From an uncultured delta proteobacterium (lineage in GTDB: Bacteria; Desulfobacterota; Binatia; JACPRU01): a stretch of DNA of 37,122 nt. The notes beneath the pieces are model-generated. The model searched no databases. It had not been told where the DNA came from and saw nothing but the letters and a program-made list of their open reading frames with translations. The stretch lies in contig CAVUWD010000004.1 of assembly GCA_963745025.1 (NCBI GenBank), positions 1 through 37,122 on the forward strand, in the 5' to 3' direction. Each line of letters starts with the position of its first letter. Positions within the stretch are counted from its first letter, which is position 1. This document shows positions 18,497-29,281 of this stretch, one piece after another. The translations under genes and the position numbers were made by a program.

Positions 18497-18623
18497 GGAT
18501 CGGCCCCGGGAGGCGTCTCCTCCGGCCATCCGCTGTACGAAGCCGCCACCCCCACATGCTCGGTACTGCCGAGGGCAGCTCATGTTTGCTAAGGTCGGTG
18601 AAACCACAGCGAAGGAGGCGGCG

Positions 18624-19523
18624 ATGGCGACGCGACTCGAAGATAAGGTGGCTGTGATCACCGGCGGCGGAAGCGGCATCGGCCGAGCGACGGCGTTGCG
18701 CTTTCTCGACGAAGGCGCGAGCGTGGTGGTCGCGGATCTCAACCGCAAGACAGGTGAGGAGACGGCGGCGATGGCGCGCGAGCGCGGGCACGGCAAGCGC
18801 GTTCGGTTCGTGCGCTGCGACGTGTCGATCGAAGCAGAGGTCGCGGCGGCCGTCGACGCGGCCACCCGAGAGCTGGGCAGACTCGACTGCATCTTCAACA
18901 ACGCGGGCGCTGGCGGCGCCTTCGGTCCACTCACCGAAGTCTCGGTCGAAGATTGGGACCGCACCTTCGCCCTCCTGGTACGGGGAGTCTTTCTCGGCAC
19001 CAAGCTGGCGGCGCGGGCCATGATCGAGCAGGGAAGTGGGGGGGCGGTCCTCAATACTGCTTCGATCGCCGGTCTTTCGGCCGGCGCAGGGGGGCACGCT
19101 TATTCGACGTGCAAGGCCGCAGTGATCAACTTCACGCGCTCTGCCGCCGTCGAGCTCGCTCCCTACAAGATCCGGGTGAACGCCATCTGCCCGGGCGCGA
19201 TTCTGACTCCGCTAGTCGGTCGCGGTCGGGAAGCGCAAATGGCGACAGTGTTCGAGCAGGGGCAACCGCTGCCGGTCACCGGGCGGCCCGAGCACATCGC
19301 GGCCGCCGCGCTGTTTCTCGCTAGCGACGACGCGGCGTTCGTCACCGGGGAGTCCCTAGTGGTGGATGGTGGCCTCACCGCGCTCGGGCCCGGGCTCTAC
19401 GACGGGCACAACCCTGCGGGCAACGCGATCATCGAGAGCGTCGCGCTGCACCATGGCATCACCGACGTTGCCCGGCTCGCGAACCTGCCGGCGGGCTACG
19501 ACGCGGGTACCGTTGAAGAGTAG
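18624..19523 (+). CDS. SDR family oxidoreductase
   Basis: AAGGAGG RBS, TGGGSGIG, FNNAG, YSTCK, IRVNAICPG. Confidence 0.92.
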   Translation: MATRLEDKVAVITGGGSGIGRATALRFLDEGASVVVADLNRKTGEETAAMARERGHGKRVRFVRCDVSIEAEVAAAVDAATRELGRLDCIFNNAGAGGAFGPLTEVSVEDWDRTFALLVRGVFLGTKLAARAMIEQGSGGAVLNTASIAGLSAGAGGHAYSTCKAAVINFTRSAAVELAPYKIRVNAICPGAILTPLVGRGREAQMATVFEQGQPLPVTGRPEHIAAAALFLASDDAAFVTGESLVVDGGLTALGPGLYDGHNPAGNAIIESVALHHGITDVARLANLPAGYDAGTVEE

Positions 19524-19574
19524 CCCCGGCCTATCCTTGCTGAGCGTGACAACGTCGCGGGACGCTCATGTCGG

Positions 19575-19762
19575 TAGTATTCGACGACGGCGGCGAGACC
19601 GATCGGCGGGAGAAGGATGGCCAGGCTCGTTCCCGTCGCTCGATGCTGCGAGAAGCCGGCCAGGTAGACGAGGGCGGGAACGATCAGCACTCCACCGCCG
19701 ATCCCGAACAATCCCGAGACGATCCCCAACACGGCGCCGATGAGCACGAAGAGCAGGTCCAT
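19575..19762 (-). pseudogene. N-terminal fragment of a TauE/SafE (TSUP) family transporter
   Basis: SGLFGIGGGVLIVPAL...ATGTSL. Confidence 0.75.
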
Positions 19763-19813
19763 GGGCCTCCGTTTCGGCAGCGCGCGTCTCGACGGCGGCT
19801 GAGGTAAGCTGTT

Positions 19814-20422
19814 TCAGTTCCCCGCGCTCGCCGTGAAGACCACCACGTTCACCCCCACCGGCGTCGCGGCCTCGATGGTCAGGCCCGCCTCGGCGAAGTG
19901 CGCGGCGTGCCCGCGCTCGGAGTCGAGACGCATCCCGAAGTAGGTCCCCGGGATCAGGCGCGCGACCAGGGTCCCGAGCATGAAGCGCCCGCCCGGCCGA
20001 AGAACGCGGCGGACCTCCTTCAACGCCGCCACCGGATCGGCGAGCCAATGGAAGGCGATCGCCGAGGTCACGAGGTCCATCGTGCCGTCGCCGAGCGGGA
20101 GGGCGTAGGCGTTGGCCTGGACGAGAGGGGGCGTTGCAGATCCCAGCCGGCGACGCGCGGCCTTGAGCATTCCCGACGAGACGTCGATCCCGGCGACGAG
20201 CGATTTCGGGTAGGCCCTCGCGAGGTCGTACGTCAGACGCGCCGTGCCGCAGCCGAGGTCGACGACGCAGCGCGGAGGCGGGTCGATCCGTCCGACCGCC
20301 GCGAGCACCGCGCGGTGCACCGGACGGTAGAGGAAGAACTGCAGGAGCGACCGGTCGTACGTCGGCGACCAGAGCTGGAAGTAGCTCCGCGTCAGCTTCT
20401 CGCCGAGCCTCTCGCGTCGCAT
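19814..20422 (-). CDS. Class I SAM-dependent methyltransferase
   Basis: VVDLGCGTA motif I, GIDVS, EVRRVLRPGG. Confidence 0.9.
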   Translation of the reverse strand: MRRERLGEKLTRSYFQLWSPTYDRSLLQFFLYRPVHRAVLAAVGRIDPPPRCVVDLGCGTARLTYDLARAYPKSLVAGIDVSSGMLKAARRRLGSATPPLVQANAYALPLGDGTMDLVTSAIAFHWLADPVAALKEVRRVLRPGGRFMLGTLVARLIPGTYFGMRLDSERGHAAHFAEAGLTIEAATPVGVNVVVFTASAGN

Positions 20423-20429
20423 GGTGGGC

Positions 20430-20505
20430 TCAGGCGCGCTCGACCATCACGCCCGTCCCGTAGCAGAGGACTTCGGTGAACCCCTCCATGACCTCGCGGG
20501 AGCGC
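20430..20505 (-). pseudogene. C-terminal fragment of a YbjQ/UPF0145-like protein
   Basis: SREVMEGFTEVLCYGTGVMVERA* (EVLxYGTxV motif). Confidence 0.5.
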
Positions 20506-20554
20506 ACGGTGATTCCTCGCACGATCCTGAAAACGCGGACGATCCGGAGCATCG

Positions 20555-20833
20555 TCACCCTCTTCGGAGGATCACGATCGTCACTCCCCAGCCACCGGAA
20601 TCTTCGCCGGCCAGCCTGAAGGAAGCGACCTCCGGCATTCGCCGCAGCACCGAGTGCACCGTCTCTCTCAGGATGCCGGTGCCCTTCCCGTGGATGATTC
20701 GCACCTGCAGAATCCCACCCATCAGACAGGCTCTCAGGTACTCTGCCACGAGGTCCTTTACCTCATCGGCTCGAAAGGTGTGGAGGTCCAGCGTCCCGTC
20801 GATCGGTATTTCGATTGGTTCAGGATCGTCCAT
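20555..20833 (-). CDS. Smr/MutS2 domain protein
   Basis: LDLHTF, IIHGKGTGILR, GGWGVT. Confidence 0.9.
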   Translation of the reverse strand: MDDPEPIEIPIDGTLDLHTFRADEVKDLVAEYLRACLMGGILQVRIIHGKGTGILRETVHSVLRRMPEVASFRLAGEDSGGWGVTIVILRRG

Positions 20834-20958
20834 GTCCCTGAGGTCGAAGCTCGGCTTTGGAGGGTCGATGTCGTGCCGGCGGGCCATTCGGAATTGAGAA
20901 TACACCGTTTACGATCCGCAACGTGACCCTCCTGGACATCCCTTCCTCGGAAACCAGA

Positions 20959-21576
20959 GTGACTCGTCGGACCCTACTCCTCGCGCTCACGGTCGTCACA
21001 CTGGGCCTCCTGCTCTGGCCGCGGAAGCCCGTAACCTGGCCGATCCGGAACGCGCCGCCAGGCGCCGGCCCGATCGTCTGTTTCGGGGACAGTCTCACTC
21101 GGGGCCACGGGGCGGAACCGAAGGAGAGCTATCCCGCGGTTCTCGCCGGTCTTCTCGGAAGAGAGGTTCTGAATCGCGGTCGCGACGGCGAGACCTCCGA
21201 GAGCGCGCTCGAGCGGCTCGACAGCGACGTGCTGGCCGCCGCGCCGAGCGTCGTCGTCATCACTCTCGGCGGCAACGACATGATGCAGCGGTTGCGGATC
21301 GAGGTTACCGTAGCGTCGCTCCGGAAGATCTTCGACCGGATCCTTTCGGCAAACGCGATGGTCGTTTTCCTCGCGATCCATCCGCCGTTCGTGGGCGATG
21401 AGCGGATGCACAGGGTCAAGGATCTCTGTCGCGAGCTCGATGTGCTCTACCTCGATTCGGTGATGAACGGGATGTGGGGGGATCGGAAGTTGATGTCCGA
21501 CAACATTCATCCGAACGCCGCCGGGTACCGTCTTATGGCCGAGCGAGCGCGTGACGCGCTCGAGGGGCGCCTCTGA
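20959..21576 (+). CDS. SGNH/GDSL arylesterase (TesA-like)
   Basis: FGDSLT, GETS, LGGND, DNIHPN. Confidence 0.92.
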   Translation: MTRRTLLLALTVVTLGLLLWPRKPVTWPIRNAPPGAGPIVCFGDSLTRGHGAEPKESYPAVLAGLLGREVLNRGRDGETSESALERLDSDVLAAAPSVVVITLGGNDMMQRLRIEVTVASLRKIFDRILSANAMVVFLAIHPPFVGDERMHRVKDLCRELDVLYLDSVMNGMWGDRKLMSDNIHPNAAGYRLMAERARDALEGRL

Positions 21577-21995
21577 AAGTGGAGGCATGCCGCCACCAGC
21601 TGCCGCCACCAGCTTGATCGCGGCAGCACGCTTCTGCGACGATCGCCCAGCGGTTCGTGCCGCTGATTACGTTCGCGGGGGCCCACTCCACGGGTCCCGG
21701 GAGATTCGCCAAGCATGATCCCCGGGTCCTACGCCGTCTGTACGATTTCCTTCGACGATCCCGACTCGGATGCCGCGACCTACACCCTCAACGCTCGGAC
21801 GAGCGCCTGATTGGCCTTTTGCCACGCCGCGGTTTTGCGTTGGTGACGAGTTCACTCGCGGCATTGAGCGCAACGTACGATACGGGTCACCGTCAGCGAC
21901 GGCCGTGGCGGCGATTGCCTCTCGTACGCCGTGCAACCCGGCCGCCATGAGAGCGAGCATACGGTCTACGCGGCTATTAGGCGCGGCGGCCGCGA

Positions 21996-22436
21996 TCATC
22001 GAACAGCCCGACACGTCCGGTATCTGCGCCTGTTCGTTGGCAAGCTCTCCCTCCGGAGTTTGAGTGACCGCCGCAGATACAAAGGACTGATTTCCAGAGC
22101 GTTGCAGATATTTTCGAATGAGAACGGCCAAGAGCAGTCGCTGGAGCGAAACCATTTCTCGGCCTCCCGGAACATTGGCACGCCGGGCCCGCTTTTCGTG
22201 TGAACGTGGCGTTGGAATGTTGCCACCGCCGCCTGGAGTACTGCCAACATGAGACGCCTCTCGGCGTGATAGCCGGAACCAACTTTTCGGCGCTCGAAGT
22301 ATTGATCAGGAAGCATGATTTCGGGGCTCCAAAGGCTCTCCGTAGAGTCCTCGACAAGAGCTTTCTGTGACCTTCCGGTCATCGGTCTGCGAAAGTCAGC
22401 TGTCGTCGCACTTCTTACGATCACCTCTCGGAACAT
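21996..22436 (-). CDS. Conserved hypothetical protein
   Basis: LPDQYF...ERRLMLAVLQAAV...WPFSFENICNAL...YLRR, a protein-like conserved pattern. Confidence 0.65.
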   Translation of the reverse strand: MFREVIVRSATTADFRRPMTGRSQKALVEDSTESLWSPEIMLPDQYFERRKVGSGYHAERRLMLAVLQAAVATFQRHVHTKSGPGVPMFREAEKWFRSSDCSWPFSFENICNALEISPLYLRRSLKLRRESLPTNRRRYRTCRAVR

Positions 22437-22458
22437 TCCGGCCCCCCACCGTCATTGG

Positions 22459-22815
22459 CTACGGCTTACAGAACGTGCGCACGTAGGCCACTAGGCCGCG
22501 GATTTCCTCATCGCCGAAGGCCCTTCCCCATGGTTGCATGTCAGCCGACAGGCCCGTGGACCCGCCCCCCTCTTTGATTACGCGAAAGAGTTTGTCGTCA
22601 GCCTCCTTCGACATGCGACCGCAGTCCGTGAAATCTGCGGGACGGGTCTTCAGTGTTCGCCCTGCCGTGCCGTTGCCGGTTCCCGATTCGGCATGGCAGG
22701 GCGTGCAAAAGGTACTGAAGTTGGACCGCGCGCTCGTGTCATCGGAAGCCATCGCAACAACGGATGTGACGAGCCAGGCACTCAGGGCGAGACGGAGATA
22801 ATTGGTGGATCGCAT
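22459..22815 (-). CDS. Monoheme c-type cytochrome
   Basis: Signal peptide, CTPCH heme motif, distal Met in MQPW. Confidence 0.9.
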   Translation of the reverse strand: MRSTNYLRLALSAWLVTSVVAMASDDTSARSNFSTFCTPCHAESGTGNGTAGRTLKTRPADFTDCGRMSKEADDKLFRVIKEGGGSTGLSADMQPWGRAFGDEEIRGLVAYVRTFCKP

Positions 22816-23077
22816 ATTCGACTCCCTCAGTTCCCCCCTTAATACGGGAGACCCGGAGCGAAGTTTCTGAAATGAACTTCAAGAAGGCTCATTTTAAGGG
22901 AGGCCGGCGAGCAGGCTTCGGTGGGCCCCCAACATGGAAGCGATCGGGCTGAAGCGCGGGAAATCAGTCGCGCATCGCGCGGCCGTCGACCTCACGGAAA
23001 GTGAACGGTTCCCGGCAGTTCGAATCCGACTCGAGGGGCGATTCGCATGATCGCCGGCCCGCGTTTCTCGATGATCG

Positions 23078-23350
23078 CTACCACCGGTAACGGAGTCGCC
23101 TGGCCTCGCGAGCTCCGCAGCCCCGGCGGAGGCGACAACCTCTACCCCTCTATCCTCGCTTTCGATGCGCGGAGCGGCGAGTAGAAGTGGCACTACCAGA
23201 CGACGCCGGGCGATAGGTGGGACTTCGATTCCGCTTAGCAACTGATCCTGGCGGACCTGAAGATCCGCGGAAAAGATCGCAAAGTCCTGATGCAGGCGCC
23301 GAAGAACGGCTTCTTCTACATACTCGACCGCAAGACGGGCGAGCTCCTCT
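23078..23350 (+). pseudogene. Internal fragment of a PQQ-dependent alcohol dehydrogenase with stops and a frameshift
   Basis: TGNG...[10 protein letters not shown]...KWHYQTTPGDRWDFD...[19 protein letters not shown]; two in-frame TAG codons. Confidence 0.8.
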
Positions 23351-23734
23351 TACGTACAGCCGCCTTGGATGGTCCCGATGTTGACGATAGCCACTACAAC
23401 CGCCGAGTCGACGTAACCCTCCGATCTCGGACTCTAATCAACCCTGCTACTTCTCGCACGGAACGCCCGTTTTTACCGACCTCCGTGTGGACTGTCCTGG
23501 CTCTCTTCGACGCTTGGATGGGAAAGTCACCCCAATCAAACTCTCGCGGTCGCCCGCTCGATCTACCTGAGACTACCCGAAGGAGCGAAACTCTGGGATC
23601 ATGGCAAAGAGTTTGCGGGGCTCAACCAGGAAGCCGTGAGAGCCGCTCTAGGCGTGGCGGCAGAAGGACCCCGACGCTTCGTTGAGGGGGACCGCCCTCG
23701 GCTCCCCGGGGAACAGCACCCAAGACCGATCAGA

Positions 23735-23812
23735 AACTCGGTCTGGACGGTGGGGCTTCGGGCGGTCCTCGACGGTGACCTTGCCCCTCTCGACGAAGCG
23801 GACGGCTTTCAT
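23735..23812 (-). pseudogene. N-terminal fragment of a Zn-dependent (MDR) alcohol dehydrogenase
   Basis: MKAVRFVERGKVTVEDRPKP; its ATGA overlaps the upstream LLM stop. Confidence 0.55.
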
Positions 23813-24861
23813 TCGGAGGTTTTTCCGTGCGACGAGCGGAACCGGGGCGTCACCTCGGCGCCGAACTGTCGGATGCAATCGAGGACGCGCTCCGGCGCTG
23901 GCCCCATCGGCAGACGGAAGCGCATGATCACGTAATCGGCACCGGCCGCCTCGGTCCACATGGCGAGTTGCTCGACGCATTCGTCGGGCGATCCCATGAC
24001 GAGGTAGTGGCGGAGCTTGTCGACCGTGAAGTCGGCCTCCGAACGGAACTCGTCGTTCGGCGAGAGGAGCTTCCAGCGGTAGTAGAAGAGCATCTCCTCG
24101 ACCCAGAGGGGGCCGAACGTACGTTCGGCCTCCTCTCGGGACGGTGCTACCCAGCCATCGCGCATGAGAACGACGAAGGGCTTGCGGCCGTGCTTGGCGG
24201 CCTCCTCGCGGTAGAGCTGAGCCTGCTCGCGAAGCTTCTCTATCGGCTCCCAGAACGGCAGGATCCCCCAGCCATCTCCGAGGCGTCCGGCGCGCCGGAT
24301 CGCCTCGGGATACGCGGCGCCGATCCAGAGCGGCGGCCCGCCCTCGCGATAGGGCTTCGGCGTGAGCATGACATTGTCGAGCTGGTAGCGCTTGCCGCGG
24401 AAGCTCCATGGCTCGTGCTTCGACCAGGCGAGGCGCAGGATCTCGAGGGATTCCTCGAAGCGCGAGAAGCGCTCGTTGTAGGGCAGCCCGAATAGCCGGA
24501 AGTAGTCGGGGTGGTAGCCGAGGCCGACGCCGAGGATGACGCGGCCCTTCGACAACAGGTCGATCATCGCCACGTCCTCGGCGAGGTGCATGGGGTTGTA
24601 GTAGGGCGGCTGCAGGACGAACGTGCCGAGGTCGACGCGAGAGGTGCGCGCCGCGTAGGCGGCGAGCAGGACGAGCGGCGGCGGGAACATCGTCTCCGTG
24701 CGGTGGTGGCGCTCAGGCAGGAAGAGGCCGTCGAAGCCCGCCCTCTCGGCCTCGAAGCCTTCGGTGAGGAGCTGGTCGGCGAAGCGCGCGCACGTGTCCC
24801 GCGAAGGCTCGGGCTGATTGTACGGGCCGCCGTGCGTGTCGGGCATATACGCGATCTTCAT
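23809..24861 (-). CDS. LLM class flavin-dependent oxidoreductase
   Basis: AERAGFDGLFLPERH, LAEDVAMIDLLSKGRVILGVGLGY, PPLWIGA. Confidence 0.92.
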   Translation of the reverse strand: MKIAYMPDTHGGPYNQPEPSRDTCARFADQLLTEGFEAERAGFDGLFLPERHHRTETMFPPPLVLLAAYAARTSRVDLGTFVLQPPYYNPMHLAEDVAMIDLLSKGRVILGVGLGYHPDYFRLFGLPYNERFSRFEESLEILRLAWSKHEPWSFRGKRYQLDNVMLTPKPYREGGPPLWIGAAYPEAIRRAGRLGDGWGILPFWEPIEKLREQAQLYREEAAKHGRKPFVVLMRDGWVAPSREEAERTFGPLWVEEMLFYYRWKLLSPNDEFRSEADFTVDKLRHYLVMGSPDECVEQLAMWTEAAGADYVIMRFRLPMGPAPERVLDCIRQFGAEVTPRFRSSHGKTSE

Positions 24862-24921
24862 GGCCGTTGCCTCCGGTTGATCCGAATCCGTTTCGCTTCT
24901 AGGTTCCTGCAATGAGCGGCG

Positions 24922-25439
24922 TCAATCCGACTTTTGCGCTTCGATGAGCTTCGCCTCGGGAAGCGCTTCACGGAGGTTGAGCCACATGTCGTGGGGAAGG
25001 CTGTCGCAGATTCCGATCGTCGCTCTCTCGAGGCCTCCTTCCCGCAGCCGGTCGACGATCGCGGCGTGGTTGATAGCTGCACCCCAGCGGACATCCTCGA
25101 TCACAGACTGCGCCGCCGCCTGCGCTGCGAAAGAGTAAGCGAGCGCGAAGACGGTCGGCTGCCCGTCGAGGGGGAAGACGACCACGCCATGGAGGATGTC
25201 GATGTAATTCGCGACGTAGATGAGGTTCGCGCTGGAGAGATACCCGCTGCTCATCATGATGAGGCAGTCGATCCCGCGGGCTGCCATGAGCCTGCGGATT
25301 TCCCGGTAGCGGTTTGGTATTCGGACTCTGAGAATCGGGGCCAGTATCGGGCGTTCTGCTCGCGGATGCGTGCCCAGCCCGAATCACCGTCCTTCACGCC
25401 AGGAGGATGGGGAACCATGGATCGTGCTGCCTGAGCCAT
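24922..25439 (-). pseudogene. N-terminal (creatinase-N) fragment of an M24/Xaa-Pro peptidase-like protein
   Basis: YWPRFSESEY, then a frameshift, then MAARGIDCLI...NLIYVANY; catalytic domain absent. Confidence 0.6.
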
Positions 25440-25569
25440 ACGAACCTCCTACGGCCACCTCGGATCGCCGTACCAAAGCGTTACCGCCGACACGTAGCCC
25501 CCCTCGACGAGCCGGGCAACGTTTTGTGCGGCCGCGCGATGTTGCGAAGGCGTATGGCTGTGCTCCACG

Positions 25570-25945
25570 ATGGTCGCGGTGTCCCCGAAAGAGCTCCGCC
25601 AACTCGTCAGCCGCTTCGAGGCCGAAGCAGCCTCACACCCTTGGCTCTACAAAGCCCGTGTCGTCGCTCTAGCTCTCCTTGGCTACGGTTACCTGCTCCT
25701 GATCCTCGCCTTTTCGGTAGGCCTGCCCGTTCTGTTCATTCTCGGGCTCTTCACCAGCGCGACGGCCGTGTTCATTCAGCTCGTCCTGAAGCTCGGCATT
25801 CCGCTCCTCGCTCTGGCAGCGGTGCTCGTGCGGTCGCTCTGGGTGCGGATCCCCGCGCCAGTAGGAATCCCGCTTCGCAAAGAACAAGCTCCGGCCCTCT
25901 TCGAGACGGCGAGTCGGCTGAGCCGCGATGTGCGTGCGAGGATTT
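25570..25945 (+). pseudogene. N-terminal fragment of an M48 family metallopeptidase-like membrane protein
   Basis: YKARVVALALLGYGY...PVGIPLRKEQAPALF; the HEXXH region is missing. Confidence 0.6.
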
Positions 25946-26374
25946 CGACAAGGATCCCGACCTCATGGACGAAGCTGTTCGGATAGAGCTCAGCTCGCTC
26001 CCGAGAGGAGCTGACGCAACGGGCACCGCCGCACTGATTCTACGCATGGCGGCGTGCAACCTCGCACGTTCTGCGGTGATGTTTTCCAATCCCGATTGCG
26101 AGCCATCGACCGAGGAAACGATCATCCAGGCGGCGCGTGCTGCTCTCGTCTCCGCTCTCGAGCTTGACTGGACCCCAGCCAGCATCTTACGGAGAAGCAG
26201 TCATGCAGGGATCAGGAGCCCCGGGTTCAAAATCAATTGGGCCGCTCATAAGCCCTGGTCATTCCCTACCTCGCCGTTCCGCTCACCATGCGGCCGCCCC
26301 TGGCGCATTCGCACGCCAGGCGGCATATGCTCCCTATCGTCACGAGAGACCAAATCCCCCCAAAAGGCGGGACT

Positions 26375-27491
26375 ATGAGCAGCCATATGCTTTCGAGCCT
26401 GGGGTTATGCACGGCGCTCGCTCTCCTCGCGTGCTCCAAGAGCGGAGATCGCGCTCCGCAGGATGCGGCTAGCAGCCCTGCAACGACCGCGGCGCTGGAG
26501 AAGCCGGCGCCTTTCGACAAGGGCCCGGTGAAGATCGCCCTGGTCCAGTACAGCGGCGCGGGTGATTACTTCGAGCAGTGGACCAAAGGCGCGCGGCAGC
26601 AAGCCGACTCCATCGGCTTCGAGATGCAGCTCCACGACGCGCAGGCCGATGACGCGAAGCAGGCCGCCGACATGAAAGCTGCGATAGCGTCAGGAGTCGC
26701 CGGCATCATCGTGGACCACGGCCGATCCGAGACCCTGTGCCCGCTGATCAACCAGGCTACCGATGCCGGCATTGCGGTCGTGGTGTACGATGTCAAGGTG
26801 CTCGACTGCGCTGCCAAGGCGGTCGAGACCAAGCAGAACGATGCCGATCTCGCCGGCCTGGTGCTCACCCAGATGGCGAAGGACATCGGTGATGGCGTTC
26901 CCGTCGGCTATGTGAACCCGTTCGTCATCGCTCCGCTCGAGCGGCGGGACCTCGTCTGGAAGAAGTTCGTGGCGGACCACAAGTGGAAGCAGAGGTTCGC
27001 CGTGGGGAAGTTCAGCCACGAGGTGGCGACCGACAACGCCAAGCTTGCCGACCGCGCGCTCAAGACGCAACCCGGGCGTGAAGGCGATCTTCGCTCCCTA
27101 CGACGAGCTCACCAAGGGCACGGTCTCCGCCATCGAGCAGAACAAGCTGGGCACCAAGGTGGCCGCGTACGGGATCGACATCTCGAATGCCGACATCGAG
27201 CTGATGACCAGGAAGGACAGTCCCTGGAAGGCGACCGCCACCACCGACCCGAGCGCAGTCGGCGCGGCAGTCACCCGCACGATGGCGCTCCAGCTGGCCG
27301 GTCAGCTCGGCAAAAGGGAAGTCATGTTCCCCGGCGTCCTCGTCACCCAGTCATTTCTCCTGGAGAACCAGATCAAGAACATGGACGACCTGCGGGCCAA
27401 GCTGCCGGAGCTCAACCTCGGCCAGCGTCGCCTCGGCTCCGTGGATCGTGTCGATGAGGTTCTGACCGTAGGCACGGGCGGGCCTCTCTAA
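26375..27491 (+). CDS. Sugar ABC transporter substrate-binding lipoprotein (Peripla_BP_4), one frameshift near 27065
   Basis: Lipobox LLAC; IIVDHG, VVVYD; continues in the next frame as NPGVKAIFAPYDE...YGIDIS. Confidence 0.8.
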
Positions 27492-27515
27492 CTTCAGGTG
27501 CTCGAGCCCCTCGCA

Positions 27516-27908
27516 TCACCGGCTCCCGACGAAGAGCTGTCTCGCCTCGTCGATCGCAAGCGTTGCTTCTTCGTCGGACAGCCGAATCGCGCGGTTCCCC
27601 GCACCCGGACGCCACGGCACGCAGTGCTTGCGCCACAGGCGGTGGATGACAGAGTTCTCCGCCGGCACTGGATAACTACCGAGGGCAAAGGCACGGCGAC
27701 GGCGTTGACCTTCGTCGAGGGCATCATGCTCATCGGCGATGCGGCGCAGGTCGGCCTTCAATTCGAACCCCGTTACGAAGTCCTGGTTGGCCCGAATCAA
27801 CAACGGGGCGAGCAGCCGATGGAGTCGGTCCTCCGAGGCGAAGACCATGCAGAACGGCAGATAGTAGAGGTACTGTAGATCGACCCAGTTCGTGGGGTTC
27901 CATTTCAC
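27516..27908 (-). pseudogene. Fragment of a hypothetical protein
   Basis: TNWVDLQYLYYLPFCMVFASEDRLH; appears 5'-truncated. Confidence 0.45.
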
Positions 27909-28051
27909 CAGGTTGCTGCGGTGAGAAGCCGAGGTGAGACGATAGGCGTCGACAGTGAGAACGGAGCGTGTTTAAGGGTGAATCTCGCTCCTCGCGGTTG
28001 AAACCTCACGGCAAGCGGTCCTAGGGTGCGAATGGTCCCCGAGGGCCCAGC

Positions 28052-28860
28052 ATGCGGTGTACGGCCTGCGGCTTCGAGAACGTCTCCGACGCGAGCTTCT
28101 GCGGCGAATGCGGCGCGTCGCTGACGAGCACGGTAAGCTGCCCTGCGTGCGGGCGGCCGAATCCGCCGAAGCAGAAGTTCTGTAACGGCTGTGGACAGGC
28201 ACTGGCTCGACCAGCTGATCGGGCCGCGCCGCCGAATCCCCGCTCCTACACACCGAAGCACCTCGCCGAGAAGATCCTGACATCGCGCAGCGCCCTGGAA
28301 GGTGAGCGGAAACAGGTGACCGTCCTCTTCGCCGACGTGAAGGGGTCGATGGAGCTCTCGGAGTCTATCGACCCCGAAGACTGGCACGCGATCCTCGAGC
28401 GATTCTTCAAGATCCTGACCGACGGTGTGCATCGGTTTGAGGGCACGATCAACCAGTACACCGGCGACGGGATCATGGCGCTCTTCGGCGCGCCGATCGC
28501 CCACGAGGACCATGCCCAACGTGCGTGCTATGCCGCACTCCGCCTTCAGCAGGAGCTGCGGCGCTACGCGGACGAGATCCGCCTCGAGCACGGCCTGGGT
28601 TTCTCGGTCCGAATGGGCCTCAACTCCGGCGAGGTCGTCGTGGGGAGGATCGGCGACGATCTCCGCATGGACTACACCGCGCAAGGACACACAGTTGGTT
28701 CCGAGATCGACCCGGAGGAATGGCACCGCATCATGGATCGCTTCTTCCAGATCCTCGCCGAAGGCGTTCACCGCTTCGAGGGCACGGTCAACGAGTACCG
28801 CGGTGACGGCATCATGGCACTCTTCGGTGCCCCGATCGCGCACGAGGACCACGCGCAGCC
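28052..28860 (+). pseudogene. Double-zinc-ribbon class III adenylate/guanylate cyclase, rearranged and truncated
   Basis: CTAC/CGEC/CPAC/CNGC, ERKQVTVLFADVKGS, GDGIMALFGAP present twice; AAA/TPR part missing. Confidence 0.88.
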
Positions 28861-28863
28861 CCG

Positions 28864-29160
28864 GTGCTCCGAAAGCTCGGCATCCGCCTTCGCGACTTTT
28901 ACTCGACGCGCGACACCTTCATCAGCGAGATGCTCCGGCGCGGCGAGAACGTGAAGGCGATCGCCGAGTACTGCGGAACCAGCGCCGCCATGATCGAGCG
29001 GAGCTACGGGAGCTACTTCCCGAAGGACCTCGACGGCGGCGTTAAGGCACTCGGAGGCTCCGGCATGAGAGCCGGGGGCAGGGCGAAAACCGGGACCTTG
29101 ACCGGGACCTCGGTGGCTCGCGCGGTCGGAGATGGTCTAACTACCGCGAACGATCAACGG
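28864..29160 (+). pseudogene. C-terminal remnant of a tyrosine integrase
   Basis: FYSTRDTFIS...IAEYCGTSAAMIERSY (box II region with catalytic Tyr); points at the 3' end of tRNA-Glu. Confidence 0.75.
29089..29110 (+). repeat. Tandem 10-bp direct repeat, possible integrase arm-type sites
   Basis: ACCGGGACCT-TG-ACCGGGACCT, about 60 bp from the tRNA-Glu 3' end. Confidence 0.6.
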
Positions 29161-29169
29161 AAAACGAAA

Positions 29170-29241
29170 TGGTCCCACGGGGAATCGAACCCCGGTTTGC
29201 GACGTGAGAGGCCGCCGTCCTAACCGCTAGACGATGGGACC
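29170..29241 (-). tRNA. tRNA-Glu (anticodon CTC)
   Basis: GGTCCCA/TGGGACC acceptor stem, GCGGC-CTCTCAC-GTCGC anticodon arm, GGTTCGATT T-loop; CCA not encoded. Confidence 0.95.
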
Positions 29242-29281
29242 GTGCCAGATTGTTTGCCGACTCGGCCGGGATCGCTCGAAA

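Noticed and set aside
23181-23240. In-frame TAG codons as pyrrolysine or stop-codon recoding
   Set aside because: The fragment is also frameshifted and truncated, TAG terminates intact genes elsewhere in the window, and no pyl genes are present.
28367-28858. Cyclase duplication as a DGR template/variable repeat pair
   Set aside because: Differences are mostly synonymous and not adenine-specific, and no reverse transcriptase is present.
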